From Flectonema sp. DT1601 (lineage: Eukaryota): 64,000 nucleotides of DNA. The notes under the pieces are model-generated. The model did no database searches, was not told the origin of the DNA, and was given only the letters and a program-made list of their open reading frames with translations. Made by a program: the position numbers and the translations under genes. Location of the stretch: the NCBI GenBank assembly GCA_964019425.1, contig OZ025794.1:1054001-1118000 (forward strand), in the 5' to 3' direction. Numbering within the stretch: position 1 is the first letter of the stretch; each line of letters begins with the position of its first letter. Shown here in pieces: positions 62,601-64,000 of the stretch.

Positions 62601-62977
62601 TTTTTTTTTATCGATCGACTATGTCGATTACTTACTATTTTCCGTCCTGGTCAAGACGCTAAACTGATTGTTTTTTCTTTAAAATAATTAAAAGGATTTA
62701 AAAAAAAAAAAAAAAAGAATAAACAATGTTATCATTGTTTTTTTTCTATCGATCAACTATGTCGATTAATTTCTATTTTCCGTCCTGATCGAGACGCTAA
62801 ACTGATTGTTTCCTTTTTTAAATAATAAATAAGAAAAAAAAAAAAAAAAAAAAGAGCATCTCCCTGCTATCCCTCATATCCCCACAATAATATTATACCT
62901 TTTCATTTTCTCTTTCCTTTTCTGGTCTTTTTTTTTCTTTTTTTTCCTTTTTCATACAACGTTTTTTATTTATATAT
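59644..62977. repeat. ~140/115-bp hairpin satellite array with dimeric higher-order structure and two tail copies
   Basis: Long units (with CGTCCTGGTCAAGACG) alternate with short units (without it) from 59.6 to 61.3 kb; tails at about 61796-61925 and 62854-62977. Confidence 0.92.
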
Positions 62978-63205
62978 GAGGGTCTTTTTAAACCCCCCCC
63001 CCAAAATGGGCCAGGCTATCCTGTGGGCACCTAACACCCAATCCGAGCCCACCACTCCAGCAAAATACTATCCAAAAAACTCAAATCCGGTACTGGGGCA
63101 TCCTTTTACTGCCCACCAGTTTGAAAATTTCACTTTTTTTAACTGTATTTGGTACTTTTGCCTTGTAACTCTATTAGGAACCCTGAAAACACCCAAATTG
63201 AGCTT

Positions 63206-64000
63206 GAGTTGAATTTACCAGGTGAGATTTGGACTGTTAGCTTTTGGCTAAGGCCCTCCCTGAAAAGCAAGAACAAAAAAACTACTCACACCTGAAGAAA
63301 ACATACACAAAGAACACACTGTAAGCTGTGTGTGTATTTTGTGTTTGTCACAACAGGAGAGAAAAGAAAGAATGTCAAGGTTGGTCACCTTGCCTATCAA
63401 CGCACAACATTGGTGGTCTCTACTAGACCCTGAGTGATCCCACTGGATCTCTCATCGTTCATAGTACCCTGTGTGAAGTTATAAAATCAAAGGTAAACTA
63501 TGAACTACAAATGACTTAGCCTGTTATTATAATGCCACAGGCAGGCCCTGCATTCAGCAACTATCCAGCAGTGCTTGGATGTCCTGATCTTCTTCTAAAA
63601 AAAAAAGAAAGAAAAACAAAACTGTAGCTGGGATCACTCAGGATCAACAGAGTTGAATTTCCAGGTGAGATTTGGACTGTTAGCTTTTGGCTAAGGCCCT
63701 CCCTGAAGAGCAAGAACAAAAAAACTACTCACACCTGAAGAAAACATACACAAAGAACACACTGTAAGCTGTGTGTGTATTTTGTGTTTGTCACAACAGG
63801 AGAGAAAAGAAAGAATGTCAAGGTTGGTCACCTTGCCTATCAACGCACAACATTGGTGGTCTCTACTAGACCCTGAGTGATCCCATTGGATCTCTCATTG
63901 TTCATAGTACCTATGTGAAGTTATAAAATCAAAGGTAAACTATGAACTACAAATGACTTAGCCTGTTATTATAATGCCACAGGCAGGCCCTGCATTCAGC
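63206..64000. repeat. Third cluster of 1.3-kb-family units (truncated copy plus a copy running off the window)
   Basis: Starts GAGTTGAATTTACCAGG at about 63206 and AGTTGAATTTCCAGG at 63651. Confidence 0.92.

Noticed and set aside
47362..62977. CRISPR-like appearance of palindromic repeats
   Set aside because: Intervening sequences are repeated homopolymer tracts, not unique spacers; no cas genes; eukaryotic context.

Overview
Eukaryotic (protist-like) genomic DNA in two halves. The lineage is an inference: a GP63-family gene, GT-AG introns, pyrimidine-AG sites just before ATGs and homopolymer-rich spacers suggest a euglenozoan such as a diplonemid. Left half (1-39.2 kb): two minus-strand host genes. 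One is an HSDL2-like short-chain dehydrogenase ending in SKL. The other is a giant spliced gene (about 10,650 aa, with one 30.35-kb exon) encoding a secreted mosaic protein whose N-terminal leishmanolysin/GP63 (M8) domain has lost two of its three zinc-binding histidines. Right half (39.4-64 kb): repeat-derived. It holds a 5'-truncated Penelope-like retroelement with no recognisable endonuclease, whose RT is fused to a Josephin-like cysteine protease and a 21-bp VNTR, followed after a frameshift by a repeat/zinc-finger ORF. Beyond it lie nested arrays of a 1302-bp CpG-poor unit, a ~140-bp triple-hairpin satellite and a 154-bp repeat. The most striking observation is two minus-strand hammerhead-ribozyme motifs (39656-39711 in the Penelope-like 3' region; 3426-3485 intergenic). 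Both contain the full catalytic core in a non-circularly permuted, pseudoknotted strand order, and their stems differ in sequence but still pair. All calls were made by eye; no searches or folding programs were run.
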